The notes: generated by a model not told the origin, from the sequence alone. Numbered from the stretch's first letter, positions 34,706 to 44,899 are shown. The stretch: DNA of 51,668 nt from Clostridia bacterium (GCA_900753295.1 CAADYQ010000151.1:1-51668); one strand, 5' to 3'. Made by a program: numbers and translations.

Positions 34706-35533
34706 TTATTTCTTCCCTTTGTCTCTTATCTCGGGCGTTATATGCTGGAATATGATCGCCTGACCGGTGCTGCGGGCGGCGGCGTACTTTTCCGGAGTAT
34801 CGACAGTCCACAGGAAAAGCGGCGCGTGAAACAATTTTGTGCATATGCGCACTGGCAGACTGTTTTGCCATTCGATATCGCTGGCGATGAAATCCGGGCG
34901 CGACAGGAAGTTCAGGAGCATTGGCGTTGCAATGAGATTGACAAAGAAATTTCCCTTTTTGTTGTTACGAAACAGGTTCGTTGTAAGCTGACCGCGCACG
35001 TATCTCGGGCGGTTTTTGCGGAACCAGTTGAGAAGCAGCGGGTTAAATGACTCGATGCAGAAATATCCGTCGTATTCGTCAAGCAATGCCGCGGCTTTTT
35101 CGCAAAGCGAAATGTCATATCCTTTCAGCTCGATAAGGAGAGGAGTATCCTTTCCCACGCGCGACAGAACGTCGCTGAACATCGGTATACGGTCACAGCT
35201 ACCGGTGATGCCCACCCAGCTAAGTTCGGACGCGGTAAGGTCGCTCACCTTTTCGGGTCTGCCGCAGAGACGTTCAAGGTTATCGTCATGGAAGACCATT
35301 ATCTCGCCGTCGGCGGAGAGCTGTATATCAAGTTCGATCCCGTATCCGGCGCGGTCGGCTGCCATAAATGCAGGCATTGTGTTTTCCGCTATATCCTCGC
35401 TCCACAGCCCGCGGTGGGCATAATCGGTTTTAAGCGGTTCAAGAGAGGTTTTTGCCTCGCTGCGCGGCTTTACCGCCAGAAGATAAAGTCCGGCAAGCAC
35501 CAAAAGAACGATCAGGATCACCAAAAAAGCCAT
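34706..35533 (-). CDS. glycerophosphodiester phosphodiesterase family protein with an N-terminal TM anchor
   Basis: GDPD motifs YAHRGLW and GIELDIQLSADGEIMVFHD. Confidence 0.85.
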   Translation of the reverse strand: MAFLVILIVLLVLAGLYLLAVKPRSEAKTSLEPLKTDYAHRGLWSEDIAENTMPAFMAADRAGYGIELDIQLSADGEIMVFHDDNLERLCGRPEKVSDLTASELSWVGITGSCDRIPMFSDVLSRVGKDTPLLIELKGYDISLCEKAAALLDEYDGYFCIESFNPLLLNWFRKNRPRYVRGQLTTNLFRNNKKGNFFVNLIATPMLLNFLSRPDFIASDIEWQNSLPVRICTKLFHAPLFLWTVDTPEKYAAARSTGQAIIFQHITPEIRDKGKK

Positions 35534-37104
35534 CAGTCGTCACCCTCTCCCAGTGTTTCGAGCGCGCTCTTCTTTTCGGGCTTTGAATCGCCGTGACGGA
35601 CAAATGTCATGGTTATGAGCGCAAATGCCACGCATATTGCCGCATACGGGAAAAGCGACTTCATACCGAGCTTATCCATCATAAGTCCGGACACGACCGG
35701 TGTGAGCGTCTGCGCCGCCATGCTTGCGGTATAATAGAATCCGGTATACCTTCCGACATTGCCGCCGCGCGCCAGCTCAACGACCATCGGGAAGGAGTTG
35801 ACGTTTATCGTAGCCCAGCCTATTCCGGCAAGCGCGAATATCACCATCATCACCGGCAGCGGTGTGCCGTTGTCAAGGAACGCGGCAACTGTAAATGCCG
35901 TGCCGAGCATTATAACGCCCGCGATTATGGTCTTTTTTCTTCCGACCTTCGACGCAACGGCGCCGACGGGGATATACGATATCAGCGCGGCTATATTGGC
36001 TACCAGAAGCGTGCTGTTATAGTCAAGGTTGAGTACGTTCCCGGCATAAACGGAATACTTGCTCGTTACCGCGTTGTAGCCGAAGAACCAGAACACCACC
36101 GATGCAAGTATCAGCACAAGAGAGGTCATCTCTCCGCGCGAGAGCTTGCCGTCTCCCGCCTCATGCTTGGCATCAAGATCGTTGCCGCTCTCATCGATGC
36201 CCACCGCAAGGCTTTCTTCTTCCATTTTCCGCACGAGCTTCGGCTCATTGACCGTGAGCATGAAAGCGCCAAGGCAGATGAGCATGATACCGCCGACGAT
36301 GCAGAAATATGCCGTATAGCTCATGAACGTGTTGGCAGTCTTTCCTGTTTTGAGGACGATACCGAGGCCGAGCACAAGGCTGCCGCCGATGGTCCCCATA
36401 AGGTTTATAATGGCGTTCGCCTTTGAGCGGAGCGGCTTGGGAGTCACATCGGGCATGAGCGCCACAGCCGGCGTGCGGAAGGTCGCCATTGAAATGAGCA
36501 GCAGGAGCAATATTGCGATAAAGCCTATGAGTATCCCGCGGTTCTTTGCGGTCACTTCGGTTTTAACATACGACTGTCTTGCAGGGACTACATAATCGGT
36601 GTAGCTGTCGGTTGCCTTGCCTGTTGACTCGTCGGTGCTCGTAATCGCCGCGAACTCATCGCGTGTGAATTTTTCCGAGAGAACGAACTTCTCACCATCC
36701 GGAGTCACGAGGTCGGCGTCCTTTTTGGCATCATATATCATGTACCTTGCTTCCCTGCTGTCAAGCTCGGATATCTCTCCGATCTTGGAAAGCTGTGCGC
36801 CGGATACCGCGGAAAGTCCGAACAGTGCTATCACCGCCGCTATCGTACCGAAAAGGATAAACGGCGTGCGCCTGCCGAGCTTTGAGCGGCATTTATCGGA
36901 CATGACTCCGAAGAGCGGCAGCATGAACAGCGCCAGAATATTATCGAGCGCCATGATAAAGCCGGAAACGGCCTGCGACATTCCGAAACGGTCTGTAAGT
37001 ATTTTGGGGATTATTGTGTCGTAAGCCTGCCAGAATGTGCAAATGAGGAAAAAGGCAAAGCCCACGCACACGGTGCGTTTAGCATTCAGCTTCATTTTTT
37101 TCAT
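35533..37104 (-). CDS. MFS transporter
   Basis: About 12 TM segments, with a hydrophilic insert of about 100 aa after the first third. Start ambiguous (37116, 37104 or 37095). Its stop overlaps the GDPD start by 1 nt. Confidence 0.85.
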   Translation of the reverse strand: MKKMKLNAKRTVCVGFAFFLICTFWQAYDTIIPKILTDRFGMSQAVSGFIMALDNILALFMLPLFGVMSDKCRSKLGRRTPFILFGTIAAVIALFGLSAVSGAQLSKIGEISELDSREARYMIYDAKKDADLVTPDGEKFVLSEKFTRDEFAAITSTDESTGKATDSYTDYVVPARQSYVKTEVTAKNRGILIGFIAILLLLLISMATFRTPAVALMPDVTPKPLRSKANAIINLMGTIGGSLVLGLGIVLKTGKTANTFMSYTAYFCIVGGIMLICLGAFMLTVNEPKLVRKMEEESLAVGIDESGNDLDAKHEAGDGKLSRGEMTSLVLILASVVFWFFGYNAVTSKYSVYAGNVLNLDYNSTLLVANIAALISYIPVGAVASKVGRKKTIIAGVIMLGTAFTVAAFLDNGTPLPVMMVIFALAGIGWATINVNSFPMVVELARGGNVGRYTGFYYTASMAAQTLTPVVSGLMMDKLGMKSLFPYAAICVAFALITMTFVRHGDSKPEKKSALETLGEGDD

Positions 37105-37663
37105 TCCTTTTCTCAAGTATATATTTTACTTTGAGTACCGCCGCCTGTGTTTTGCCGTCGGCAATATCGCCGCGCGCTATCATATCGCACAGCTCATCGA
37201 GCGGTACGCAAAGAATGTCCAGAAATTCGTCGTCATCCGGCGACGCCTCGCCTATGGTAAGTCCCTCGGCGAGATACATGTGTATCACCTCGTCAAGTAT
37301 TGCGGGAGAGGAGTAGAAATCCCCGATAAACGTCAGGCGAGAGCAGACGGCTCCCGTTTCCTCACGCAGCTCACGTCTTGCGGCGTCCGCAAAATGCTCC
37401 GCCGAATGCTCGCCCGCCTCAAGCTTGCCGGCGGGTATCTCGGTAAAAACACGCGCCTCGGGGTACCTGTACTGCCTTACAACGATGACCTCATTTTTGT
37501 CCGTCAGCGGCACGACGCAAACGGCGCCGGGGTGACGCACGACCTCGCGCGGAGCGGTAGCGCCGTCGGGAAGGCGCACCTCATCGCGTTCGACGCGGAT
37601 GATCTTTCCGTCATATATCTTTTCGCCGGAGAGCTTTTTCTCCGTCATTTCACGAATATCCAC
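37079..37663 (-). CDS. NUDIX hydrolase (ADP-ribose pyrophosphatase-like)
   Basis: Nudix box GKLEAGEHSAEHFADAARRELREETG. Confidence 0.85.
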   Translation of the reverse strand: MDIREMTEKKLSGEKIYDGKIIRVERDEVRLPDGATAPREVVRHPGAVCVVPLTDKNEVIVVRQYRYPEARVFTEIPAGKLEAGEHSAEHFADAARRELREETGAVCSRLTFIGDFYSSPAILDEVIHMYLAEGLTIGEASPDDDEFLDILCVPLDELCDMIARGDIADGKTQAAVLKVKYILEKRNEKNEAEC

Positions 37664-37697
37664 TGTGTTGCTCCTCGATATATTTCTTTACATAGTA

Positions 37698-37726
37698 AGT
37701 ATACAGCAAAAATAGCTGTTTGTCAA
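37698..37726 (-). promoter_or_regulatory. promoter of the NUDIX-MFS-GDPD operon
   Basis: Reverse strand: TTGACA, 17 nt, TATACT. Confidence 0.55.
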
Positions 37727-37797
37727 AGATTTTTGCGTGTTTTTTCGGTGAATGATTCAAAAATATACACCTGTGCGGCTTTTTTTACACCGCACGC

Positions 37798-37826
37798 TTG
37801 AAAAAGCACAGCTTTTGTGATATGAT
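37798..37826 (+). promoter_or_regulatory. promoter of tcdA
   Basis: TTGAAA, 17 nt, TATGAT, preceded by TGA. Confidence 0.5.
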
Positions 37827-37867
37827 AACCGTACAAAAACAGCACTTAACACCGGAGGTCACATCGT

Positions 37868-38587
37868 ATGTTCGACGCAACAAGGACTATATATTTATTG
37901 GGGGAGGAAGCCGCCCGGCGGCTTGACGGAGCGCACGTTGCGCTTTTCGGAGTCGGCGGAGTGGGCGGCGCGGTGCTTGAAGCGCTCGTGCGCGCCGGAG
38001 TCGGCAGGCTTACGCTGATAGACGGCGACGATGTGGCGCCATCCAACCTCAACCGCCAGATAATAACCGACACCGGAAATATCGGCGTGGCGAAGACGGC
38101 TGCCGCTGCCGCGCGCGTCTCGGCGATAAACCCGGATTGCACAGTACGCACCATAAACGCCTTTTATCTGCCCGGAGACGCGGATTCTCTCGACATAGAT
38201 TTCGGTGCGTTCGATTACGTTGCAGACTGCATCGACACCGTTTCGGCAAAGCTGGACATAATAACGCGCGCCGTTGCAGCGGGCGTTCCCGTTATCTCGG
38301 CAATGGGAGCCGGCAACAAGCTGCACCCGGAGCTTTTTGAGCTTGCGGACATTTACTCCACATCGGTATGCCCGCTCGCCCGCGTAATGCGGCGTGAGTT
38401 AAAGGCGCGCGGCATAAAAAAGCTGAACGTAGTGTATTCGCGCGAGGAGGCGCATCCGTATGCCGTAAAGCCCGAGCCGGAGGGCGAGCGCGGCAGGATA
38501 CCGCCCGGAAGCGTTTCGTTCGTCCCTCCGGTCGCCGGATATATAATGGCGGGAAAGATAATACGCGATATTGCCGGGATAAAATAA
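37868..38587 (+). CDS. tcdA: tRNA threonylcarbamoyladenosine dehydratase (ThiF/E1-like)
   Basis: Rossmann motif LFGVGGVGGAVLEALVRAGVG, then DGDDVAPSNLNRQ. Size about 240 aa. Confidence 0.8.
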   Translation: MFDATRTIYLLGEEAARRLDGAHVALFGVGGVGGAVLEALVRAGVGRLTLIDGDDVAPSNLNRQIITDTGNIGVAKTAAAAARVSAINPDCTVRTINAFYLPGDADSLDIDFGAFDYVADCIDTVSAKLDIITRAVAAGVPVISAMGAGNKLHPELFELADIYSTSVCPLARVMRRELKARGIKKLNVVYSREEAHPYAVKPEPEGERGRIPPGSVSFVPPVAGYIMAGKIIRDIAGIK

Positions 38588-38590
38588 AAC

Positions 38591-38641
38591 AAAAAGCCAC
38601 AGTCCTTGTCACCGTTACGGTTACGCGGACTGCGGCTTTTT
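38591..38641. terminator. bidirectional terminator
   Basis: AAAAAGCCACAGTCC...GGACTGCGGCTTTTT. Confidence 0.7.
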
Positions 38642-38647
38642 GATTTG

Positions 38648-39646
38648 TCAGTCGATATCCTCGACTATCTTGTCAGGGCGGCTCTCAAGCAGATCGGGAT
38701 GTTCGATGAGCTTTTTGTAGTACTTGAACGCCGAGGCATAGTAATGCCCGTCGCAGATACGCTCATCGGTGACCACCTTGATATCCATATACTTGCGGCG
38801 GTTCAGAACGCCCTTGCGGTCATACTCGTAGCAGACGCTTTTGGTACCGTACGAAATAAAGACCGGAAGGTTGCCGAAGTCATAGATATGATGGTAGATC
38901 GGCTTGATCCCGAGGGATCCCATGCTCGTGATGATCATCGAGCCATGGAACGGGCTGACCTCAAGGAACGCCTTGGGCAGGTGTCCTATGTAGTCAAGCA
39001 CGCGCAGGACCCACATTAAGAACCTGAGCAGCAACCCAGGGAGTTTGGAAAGCCCCCCGCAAAGATTGTCGAATGCGGTGGGATGATCCATCGAAGCGAT
39101 AGCTGCCTGTGCCGTGGCGTTGAATTTCTCGTAGACCTCGTCAAGTGTATCCGCGGGATTGAATTTCACCTTGATCAGGGTCTCCGGTGCATTGAGCGCC
39201 AGTTCCTTTTTGACCGTCATTACAAAGACGATCTCGTTACGCGCGAAAATTCTCTGACCGCTTACGAAACGGTTGATGCCCGGGCGCTGCGATATTGTAC
39301 GCAGATACGCCGCAAGCAACACATGAAGCGCCGAAAAATGAACCTTGCCTTCCCTGACTTTGCGTCGGCAAAGATCATCAACACGGCTGACCTCCAAACG
39401 ATCGTAAAAGGTGTTGAGCGCATCACAGCGCTTCGGCATTACGTAGGGCATGAGCTGGAGCACCGGCTGTATAGTGCGGAGCCTGCGGCCTTCCCTGCGA
39501 TCGCCGAGACGTCTCTTGCGTTTGCGGTAAGCAAGCGGATTCTCCTCAGTCGTGCCGGTGCTTTCTGCGGTCTCATCCGGAACCGCGGCTACATTCTCGG
39601 GCTCGGCTGTTGCCACCTCGGAAGCGACGTCCTTTTCGTTTTCCAT
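38648..39646 (-). CDS. 2-oxoacid dehydrogenase acyltransferase (E2 catalytic domain)-like protein
   Basis: Only the C-terminal 332 codons of the 674-aa track ORF are used. ATG 39646 has AAGGTGGTGA upstream. CAT/E2-like C-terminal motif VVTDERICDGHYYA. Confidence 0.7.
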   Translation of the reverse strand: MENEKDVASEVATAEPENVAAVPDETAESTGTTEENPLAYRKRKRRLGDRREGRRLRTIQPVLQLMPYVMPKRCDALNTFYDRLEVSRVDDLCRRKVREGKVHFSALHVLLAAYLRTISQRPGINRFVSGQRIFARNEIVFVMTVKKELALNAPETLIKVKFNPADTLDEVYEKFNATAQAAIASMDHPTAFDNLCGGLSKLPGLLLRFLMWVLRVLDYIGHLPKAFLEVSPFHGSMIITSMGSLGIKPIYHHIYDFGNLPVFISYGTKSVCYEYDRKGVLNRRKYMDIKVVTDERICDGHYYASAFKYYKKLIEHPDLLESRPDKIVEDID

Positions 39647-39811
39647 TGTGTCACCACCTTTCAATATCCGCCACCCGCGTAGCGAATAAAACATTATACA
39701 ACATTTTGACGGCAAAATCAATAGATGATGCATATAAATATTGAAGCAATTTTGAAAAACGGAATTATTTTTTATCACGGGAGCAATTATTCGGTCGGGA
39801 TTCGCCCTCAA

Positions 39812-39838
39812 ATGCCGCCGTCCGGCATCTTTGTTTTT
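39812..39838 (+). terminator. orphan terminator-like hairpin upstream of rnhA
   Basis: ATGCCG-CCGTC-CGGCAT followed by CTTTGTTTTT. No forward-strand ORF lies upstream. Confidence 0.35.
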
Positions 39839-39867
39839 CCGTTTATATTGCGTACATAATATTGAGG

Positions 39868-39896
39868 TTGATTTTTCAGATAAAATATTGTATAAT
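39868..39896 (+). promoter_or_regulatory. rnhA promoter
   Basis: TTGATT, 17 nt, TATAAT. Confidence 0.5.
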
Positions 39897-39937
39897 ATAC
39901 AATGTATAAATTTTACTGATTTGAGGCATGAGGACGC

Positions 39938-40375
39938 ATGAAACACGTTGACATATATACCGACGGCGCCTGCTCGGGCAATCCCGGTCCCGGCGGCTGG
40001 GGCGCGGTATTGGTATATGGCGAGCGCGAGCTGGAGCTTTCCGACGGAGAGGCGCACACGACAAACAACCGCATGGAGCTCACCGCCGCGATACGCGCGC
40101 TGGAGGCTCTTCGTGAACCGTGCGAGGTCACTCTTACGACCGATTCGCGCTATCTTTGCGACGGACTTGAGAAAAAATGGGCAGAGGGCTGGCGTCGCCG
40201 CGGCTGGAAAAAAAGCGACGGCTCTCCTGCGCTCAATCCCGATCTGTGGGAGCGGCTGCTTGAGCTTTGCGGGGTCCACAAGGTATCGCTCACATGGATA
40301 CGCGGTCATGCGGGTCACGCCTACAATGAACGTTGCGACAGGCTTGCGGTCGCCGCGGCGGAAAAATTCAAATAA
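39938..40375 (+). CDS. rnhA: ribonuclease HI
   Basis: [17 protein letters not shown]...TNNRMEL...[12 protein letters not shown] are the canonical RNase H1 motifs. Confidence 0.95.
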   Translation: MKHVDIYTDGACSGNPGPGGWGAVLVYGERELELSDGEAHTTNNRMELTAAIRALEALREPCEVTLTTDSRYLCDGLEKKWAEGWRRRGWKKSDGSPALNPDLWERLLELCGVHKVSLTWIRGHAGHAYNERCDRLAVAAAEKFK

Positions 40376-40436
40376 ATACCGATACGCCCGAGCGATCTCG
40401 GCACGCGGCGATCGGTGAAAGGCTTTATTGCGAAAC

Positions 40437-41090
40437 ATGAAGATCGATTCAAAAAAACTTATGATAGTGCTGCTTGCGCTAACGGCGCTCGTTCTCGTTG
40501 CACTGCTGATATACGGCGGCTTTGCCCTTGGCGACCGCGGAGACAGCAGTGAAGGAAGCGAAACGCGCACGCAGGACAGACAGCACACAACGTCACCCGA
40601 CACAACGAACGGCGGCTCGCTCTCCGGAGATAACTCCGAGAGTTCCGGCGAGATACCCGACCATCCCGGCACGGCATCGCCGACCGGAACGCCGGTACAC
40701 CAGAACTACCCCGCGAGAAGCGGAAGGCTCGTCGAGACCGACAATTCCCTTTTGTCCCTCGTGATAGATTGGGAAACAACGTCCCGCACCGCAGACAGCG
40801 CCACTGTGAAGCTGACGGTAAAGATACGTTGCTATTCCCTTTTCGTATCGGAAAGAAAAAATAGTCCGCTCGTATTTCTCGGGCAGACATACAGCTACAA
40901 CGCGCCGGCAATATCATATGACGGCAGCGAGCGCACCGAATTCGTACTGCACGAGGAAACAGTCACGATGCCGCTCGTAGGCGGCTGCGGCAGCGCAGAG
41001 GTATCGACCGCGTGGCAGTTCCGCGGCGAATACGCCGGCGTCGCCATAGACGCGCTGACGCTTGACGGATTTATCGAGATCAAGGACTGA
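40437..41090 (+). CDS. membrane-anchored protein of unknown function
   Basis: N-terminal TM LMIVLLALTALVLVALLIYGGF, a Ser/Thr/Pro-rich linker, then a beta-rich domain of about 120 aa. Start is 40437 (ATG) or 40428 (TTG). Confidence 0.55.
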   Translation: MKIDSKKLMIVLLALTALVLVALLIYGGFALGDRGDSSEGSETRTQDRQHTTSPDTTNGGSLSGDNSESSGEIPDHPGTASPTGTPVHQNYPARSGRLVETDNSLLSLVIDWETTSRTADSATVKLTVKIRCYSLFVSERKNSPLVFLGQTYSYNAPAISYDGSERTEFVLHEETVTMPLVGGCGSAEVSTAWQFRGEYAGVAIDALTLDGFIEIKD

Positions 41091-41142
41091 AAAACAAAGA
41101 ATATTCCGTTGACCTAAAGGGTCACGACCGAAAGGATATAAA

Positions 41143-43569
41143 ATGCCAGAATACATAGAAAAAGCCGAAAAGCTCACGCTTCCCGTGATACCGCTCCGCG
41201 AAGCAGTGGCTTTCCCCGGCATTCCGATAAGCTTTGACATAAACGACGAAACAGCCGGCGCCGCCGTTGACGCGGCAAATTCCGGGAACCGTCTTTGCTT
41301 TATCGTATGCACAAAAAAGGTTTCGGACGGTGAGCCCGTCCCCGCCGATCTTTACCCGGTCGGCACTGTTGCCCGCCTGCGCCAGACCTCAAGATCGGGC
41401 AACACGATAAGAATAATATGCGAGGGACTTTCCCGCGCTAAGGCGACGGAGTACCGCCGCACCGGTAAGCTCATCGAGGCTGACGTTCTCTCACGCACCG
41501 TGGAGCTTGCGGACAACGGCGGGATACGCGGCGAAGCGCTCGTGCGCGAGGCGCTTGAGATATTCGACAAGGCTGTCGGATATATGCCGAACGTCACATC
41601 CGACATAAAGCTCGCGGCGCACGGCATCAGCTCCCCCGGACTGCTTGCCGACTTCATTGCATCCACCGTGCTTGTAAAAACCTCGGACAAACAGAACGTG
41701 CTTGAAGAGTTTGAGCCGCTTGAGCGTATGTTCAGGCTCATAAAGATACTGAACCGCGAATGCGACCTGCTTGAATGCGAGCAGGACATTCACCGCCGCG
41801 TGCGCGACAACATCTCGCGCAATCAGCGTGACTATTATCTGCGCGAGCAGATGAAGGTCATCGAGGACGAGCTGGGCGGCGGCGAGGACCCGGACGACTA
41901 CGCGGAACGCATAAACAAGGCTCACCTCCCGGATGAAGTGAAGGAAAAGCTGCTGAAGGAAAACGAGCGTCTCTCCCGCACGCCCTTCGGCTCCGCCGAG
42001 GCGACAGTTCTGCGCAGTTATCTTGACACCTGTCTTGATATTCCGTGGAGCGCGCGCACGCGCGACCGCGTAAATGTCGATGCGGCAAAGAAGGTACTTG
42101 ACGCCGATCACGAGGGACTTGAAAAAATAAAAACAAGAATTCTCGAATTTTTGGCTGTCAAGCAGCTTAATCCCGAGCTGAAGAACCAGATAATATGTCT
42201 GGTGGGCCCTCCGGGGACCGGAAAAACATCGGTGGCGGCGTCCATAGCGCACGCCATGAACCGCAAATACGTGCGTGTTTCGCTTGGCGGTGTGCGTGAC
42301 GAGGCTGACATACGCGGTCACCGCAAGACATATGTCGCCGCAATGCCCGGACGCATAATAGACGCCATAATAAAAGCAAAGGTGCGCAATCCGCTCATTC
42401 TGCTTGACGAGATAGACAAGCTCACAGCCGATGCGCACGGCGACCCCGCGTCGGCGCTTCTTGAGGTGCTCGACCCCGAGCAGAACAAGACCTTCCGCGA
42501 TCATTTTGTGGAACTTCCCTTCGATCTTTCGGAGTGTCTGTTCATAACCACCGCCAATACGCTTGAGACCGTGCCGCGTCCGCTCATCGACCGTATGGAG
42601 GTCATAGAGCTTTCCGGCTACACGCGCCGCGAAAAGCTGGCGATAGCAAAAAATCACCTCATCCCGAAGCAGCTCAAGCGCCACGGTCTGACCCGTCGCT
42701 CGCTGAAGCTCACCGATGAGGCTATATATGAGATCATCGACTGCTACACCCGCGAGGCGGGCGTGCGCAATCTTGAACGCACCGTTGCGGAGCTTTGCCG
42801 CAAGGCGGCAAAAAAGATGGTCGACAGCGGCGGCAAGCTGAAGTCGGTCGCGATCGACCGCGCCGACATAGCATCCTATCTCGGCGCGCGCAAGCTGATA
42901 CCCGAGAAAATCGACGACAACGATCTCGTAGGCGTTGTGAACGGGCTTGCATACACCGAGGACGGCGGTGACCTTCTCAAGGTCGAGGCGGCGGTGCTTG
43001 ACGGCACCGGCAAGCTTGAGCTTACCGGCAAGCTCGGCGATGTAATGAAGGAATCGGCAGAGGCGGCGTTGAGCTTTGTGCGTCAGGTCGCTCCCGAATA
43101 CGGCATCGGCACCGATTTTTATAAAACCAAGGACATACACATCCACGTTCCCGAAGGCGCGGTTCCGAAGGACGGTCCCTCGGCGGGTGTGACGATGGTA
43201 ACGGCGCTCGTAAGCGCGCTGTCGCACACTCCGGTCGCCCACGATATCGCAATGACCGGTGAGGTCACTCTGACAGGCAGAGTGCTGCCGATAGGCGGTC
43301 TGCGCGAAAAGACGATGGCGGCATATTCCGCGGGCGTCCGCACGGTACTCATCCCCAAGGCGAACCTTGGCGATCTTGACGACATCGACCCCGAGGCGCG
43401 CGCGGCGCTGAGATTCATCCCCGTTTCAAACGTGAAGGAGGTCCTCGGCGAAGCGCTTCGCGCTCCCGTAGCCGAAAAGCCTGCAGAGGTAAAGCCGGGC
43501 GAGCCCATAGTGATCATTCCCGCGATCGGCGGACAAAACATTCAAGGAGTCAACGCCAATGGCGCTTAA
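41143..43569 (+). CDS. lon: ATP-dependent Lon protease
   Basis: LON N-terminal domain, Walker A GPPGTGKTS, protease Ser in KDGPSAGVT. Confidence 0.97.
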   Translation: MPEYIEKAEKLTLPVIPLREAVAFPGIPISFDINDETAGAAVDAANSGNRLCFIVCTKKVSDGEPVPADLYPVGTVARLRQTSRSGNTIRIICEGLSRAKATEYRRTGKLIEADVLSRTVELADNGGIRGEALVREALEIFDKAVGYMPNVTSDIKLAAHGISSPGLLADFIASTVLVKTSDKQNVLEEFEPLERMFRLIKILNRECDLLECEQDIHRRVRDNISRNQRDYYLREQMKVIEDELGGGEDPDDYAERINKAHLPDEVKEKLLKENERLSRTPFGSAEATVLRSYLDTCLDIPWSARTRDRVNVDAAKKVLDADHEGLEKIKTRILEFLAVKQLNPELKNQIICLVGPPGTGKTSVAASIAHAMNRKYVRVSLGGVRDEADIRGHRKTYVAAMPGRIIDAIIKAKVRNPLILLDEIDKLTADAHGDPASALLEVLDPEQNKTFRDHFVELPFDLSECLFITTANTLETVPRPLIDRMEVIELSGYTRREKLAIAKNHLIPKQLKRHGLTRRSLKLTDEAIYEIIDCYTREAGVRNLERTVAELCRKAAKKMVDSGGKLKSVAIDRADIASYLGARKLIPEKIDDNDLVGVVNGLAYTEDGGDLLKVEAAVLDGTGKLELTGKLGDVMKESAEAALSFVRQVAPEYGIGTDFYKTKDIHIHVPEGAVPKDGPSAGVTMVTALVSALSHTPVAHDIAMTGEVTLTGRVLPIGGLREKTMAAYSAGVRTVLIPKANLGDLDDIDPEARAALRFIPVSNVKEVLGEALRAPVAEKPAEVKPGEPIVIIPAIGGQNIQGVNANGA

Positions 43570-44164
43570 TCTCAACAACGTTTCCCTTAAGATAACGGCG
43601 GGGACTGTCAGGCAGTTCCCCCGCTCCGCAACGCCGCAGATCGCGCTTGCCGGACGCTCAAATGTGGGAAAAAGTTCGCTTATCAACACGCTTCTCGGCA
43701 GGCGCGCGCTTGCGCGGGTAAGCTCCGCACCCGGAAAAACGATAACCGTAAACTTTTACGACGTTGACGGGAAGCTCTTTTTAGTCGATCTTCCCGGCTA
43801 CGGCTACGCCAAACGCCCGCAGGAGGACAAAGCGCGCTGGTCGGAGCTGACGGACGGATATTTTACAAACAATCCCTCGCGCGACCGCATAATGCTGGTG
43901 CTTCAGCTTGTAGACATGCGCGTCGGTCCCACAGCGGACGACAAAATGATGCTTGAATGGCTCACCGCCTCCGGCGTTCCGTTTGCCGTAGCTGCCACGA
44001 AAGCAGACAAGTTGCAATCAAAAAAGGCGCGCACCGAGGCAATGGAAAAGATACTTTCCTGCCCCGCGATCCCGCAAGGCACACCTGTGATACCCTTCTC
44101 CTCGGTAAACAGCGAGGGAAAAGACGAGCTCTGGCGCCTGATATCGGGCGCGGCAGGTAAATAA
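43559..44164 (+). CDS. engB: ribosome-biogenesis GTPase EngB/YsxC
   Basis: G1 GRSNVGKSS, G3 DLPGYG, G4 TKADK. Overlaps the lon stop by 11 nt, the classic lon-ysxC arrangement. Confidence 0.9.
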   Translation: MALNLNNVSLKITAGTVRQFPRSATPQIALAGRSNVGKSSLINTLLGRRALARVSSAPGKTITVNFYDVDGKLFLVDLPGYGYAKRPQEDKARWSELTDGYFTNNPSRDRIMLVLQLVDMRVGPTADDKMMLEWLTASGVPFAVAATKADKLQSKKARTEAMEKILSCPAIPQGTPVIPFSSVNSEGKDELWRLISGAAGK

Positions 44165-44197
44165 TCTTTGCCGCTGTGCGGCAGGAAGGACAGCTAT

Positions 44198-44899
44198 ATG
44201 TTCAGATATCTCTTGGAATACGGACCCGACAGTATAAAATCATATGCAATAGGGCTTTTGCTCTCCCTGCCGCTGATCGTTCTCGCGCTATCCGTGCATG
44301 AATCGGCACACGCGTGGGTCGCCTACAAGCTCGGCGATCCTACCGCGTACAATCTCGGCAGAGTCACGCTGAACCCGATAAAGCATCTGAACCTTCCGGG
44401 CTTTCTCTGTATGCTGTTTTTCGGATTCGGCTGGGCGACTCCGGTTCCGATCATGTCACGCAATTTCAAAAAGCCGCGCCGCGACATGGCTCTATCGGCG
44501 GTAGCAGGTCCGATCTCAAACCTTTTACTCGGATTCATTTTTTCGTTTCTTACAGTGCTCTCCAACTATCTTTTGCGTTTTCTGCCGGCGGACATATACG
44601 ATAAGGCGCTGACTGCGATATTAGTATGGGTCTATTTCCTTCAGCTCGGCGCGCTTCTCAACGTGTCGCTGGCGGTTTTTAACCTGCTGCCCGTACCGCC
44701 GCTTGACGGTTCGCGTTTCTTTTATATTTTTCTGCCCACAAAGTGGTATTTCGGCGTAATGAAATATGAAAAATACATTGAGATAGCTATCTTTGCTCTG
44801 CTTTGGCTCGGCGTTCTTGATGTGCCTCTTTCATTCCTCACAAACGCGATCCTTACGGGGATGTATCGGCTCTGGGAACTGATCCCCATATTCGCCTGA
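44198..44899 (+). CDS. site-2 protease (M50) family membrane metalloprotease
   Basis: HESAHAW (HExxH) in a TM helix, plus the NLLPVPPLDG motif. Start at MFRYLLEY (GGAAGGA 7 nt upstream). Confidence 0.8.
   Translation: MFRYLLEYGPDSIKSYAIGLLLSLPLIVLALSVHESAHAWVAYKLGDPTAYNLGRVTLNPIKHLNLPGFLCMLFFGFGWATPVPIMSRNFKKPRRDMALSAVAGPISNLLLGFIFSFLTVLSNYLLRFLPADIYDKALTAILVWVYFLQLGALLNVSLAVFNLLPVPPLDGSRFFYIFLPTKWYFGVMKYEKYIEIAIFALLWLGVLDVPLSFLTNAILTGMYRLWELIPIFA

Noticed and set aside
38648-40672. 674-aa reverse-strand ORF spanning the E2-like gene, the rnhA region and part of the next gene
   Set aside because: Only the last 332 codons (ATG 39646, with a good RBS and its own TTGATT-17-TATAAT promoter) look like a protein. 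The upstream 340 codons are Arg/Ala/Pro-rich junk antisense to rnhA and 40437..41090. They also cross an AT-rich promoter region that happens to lack stops.
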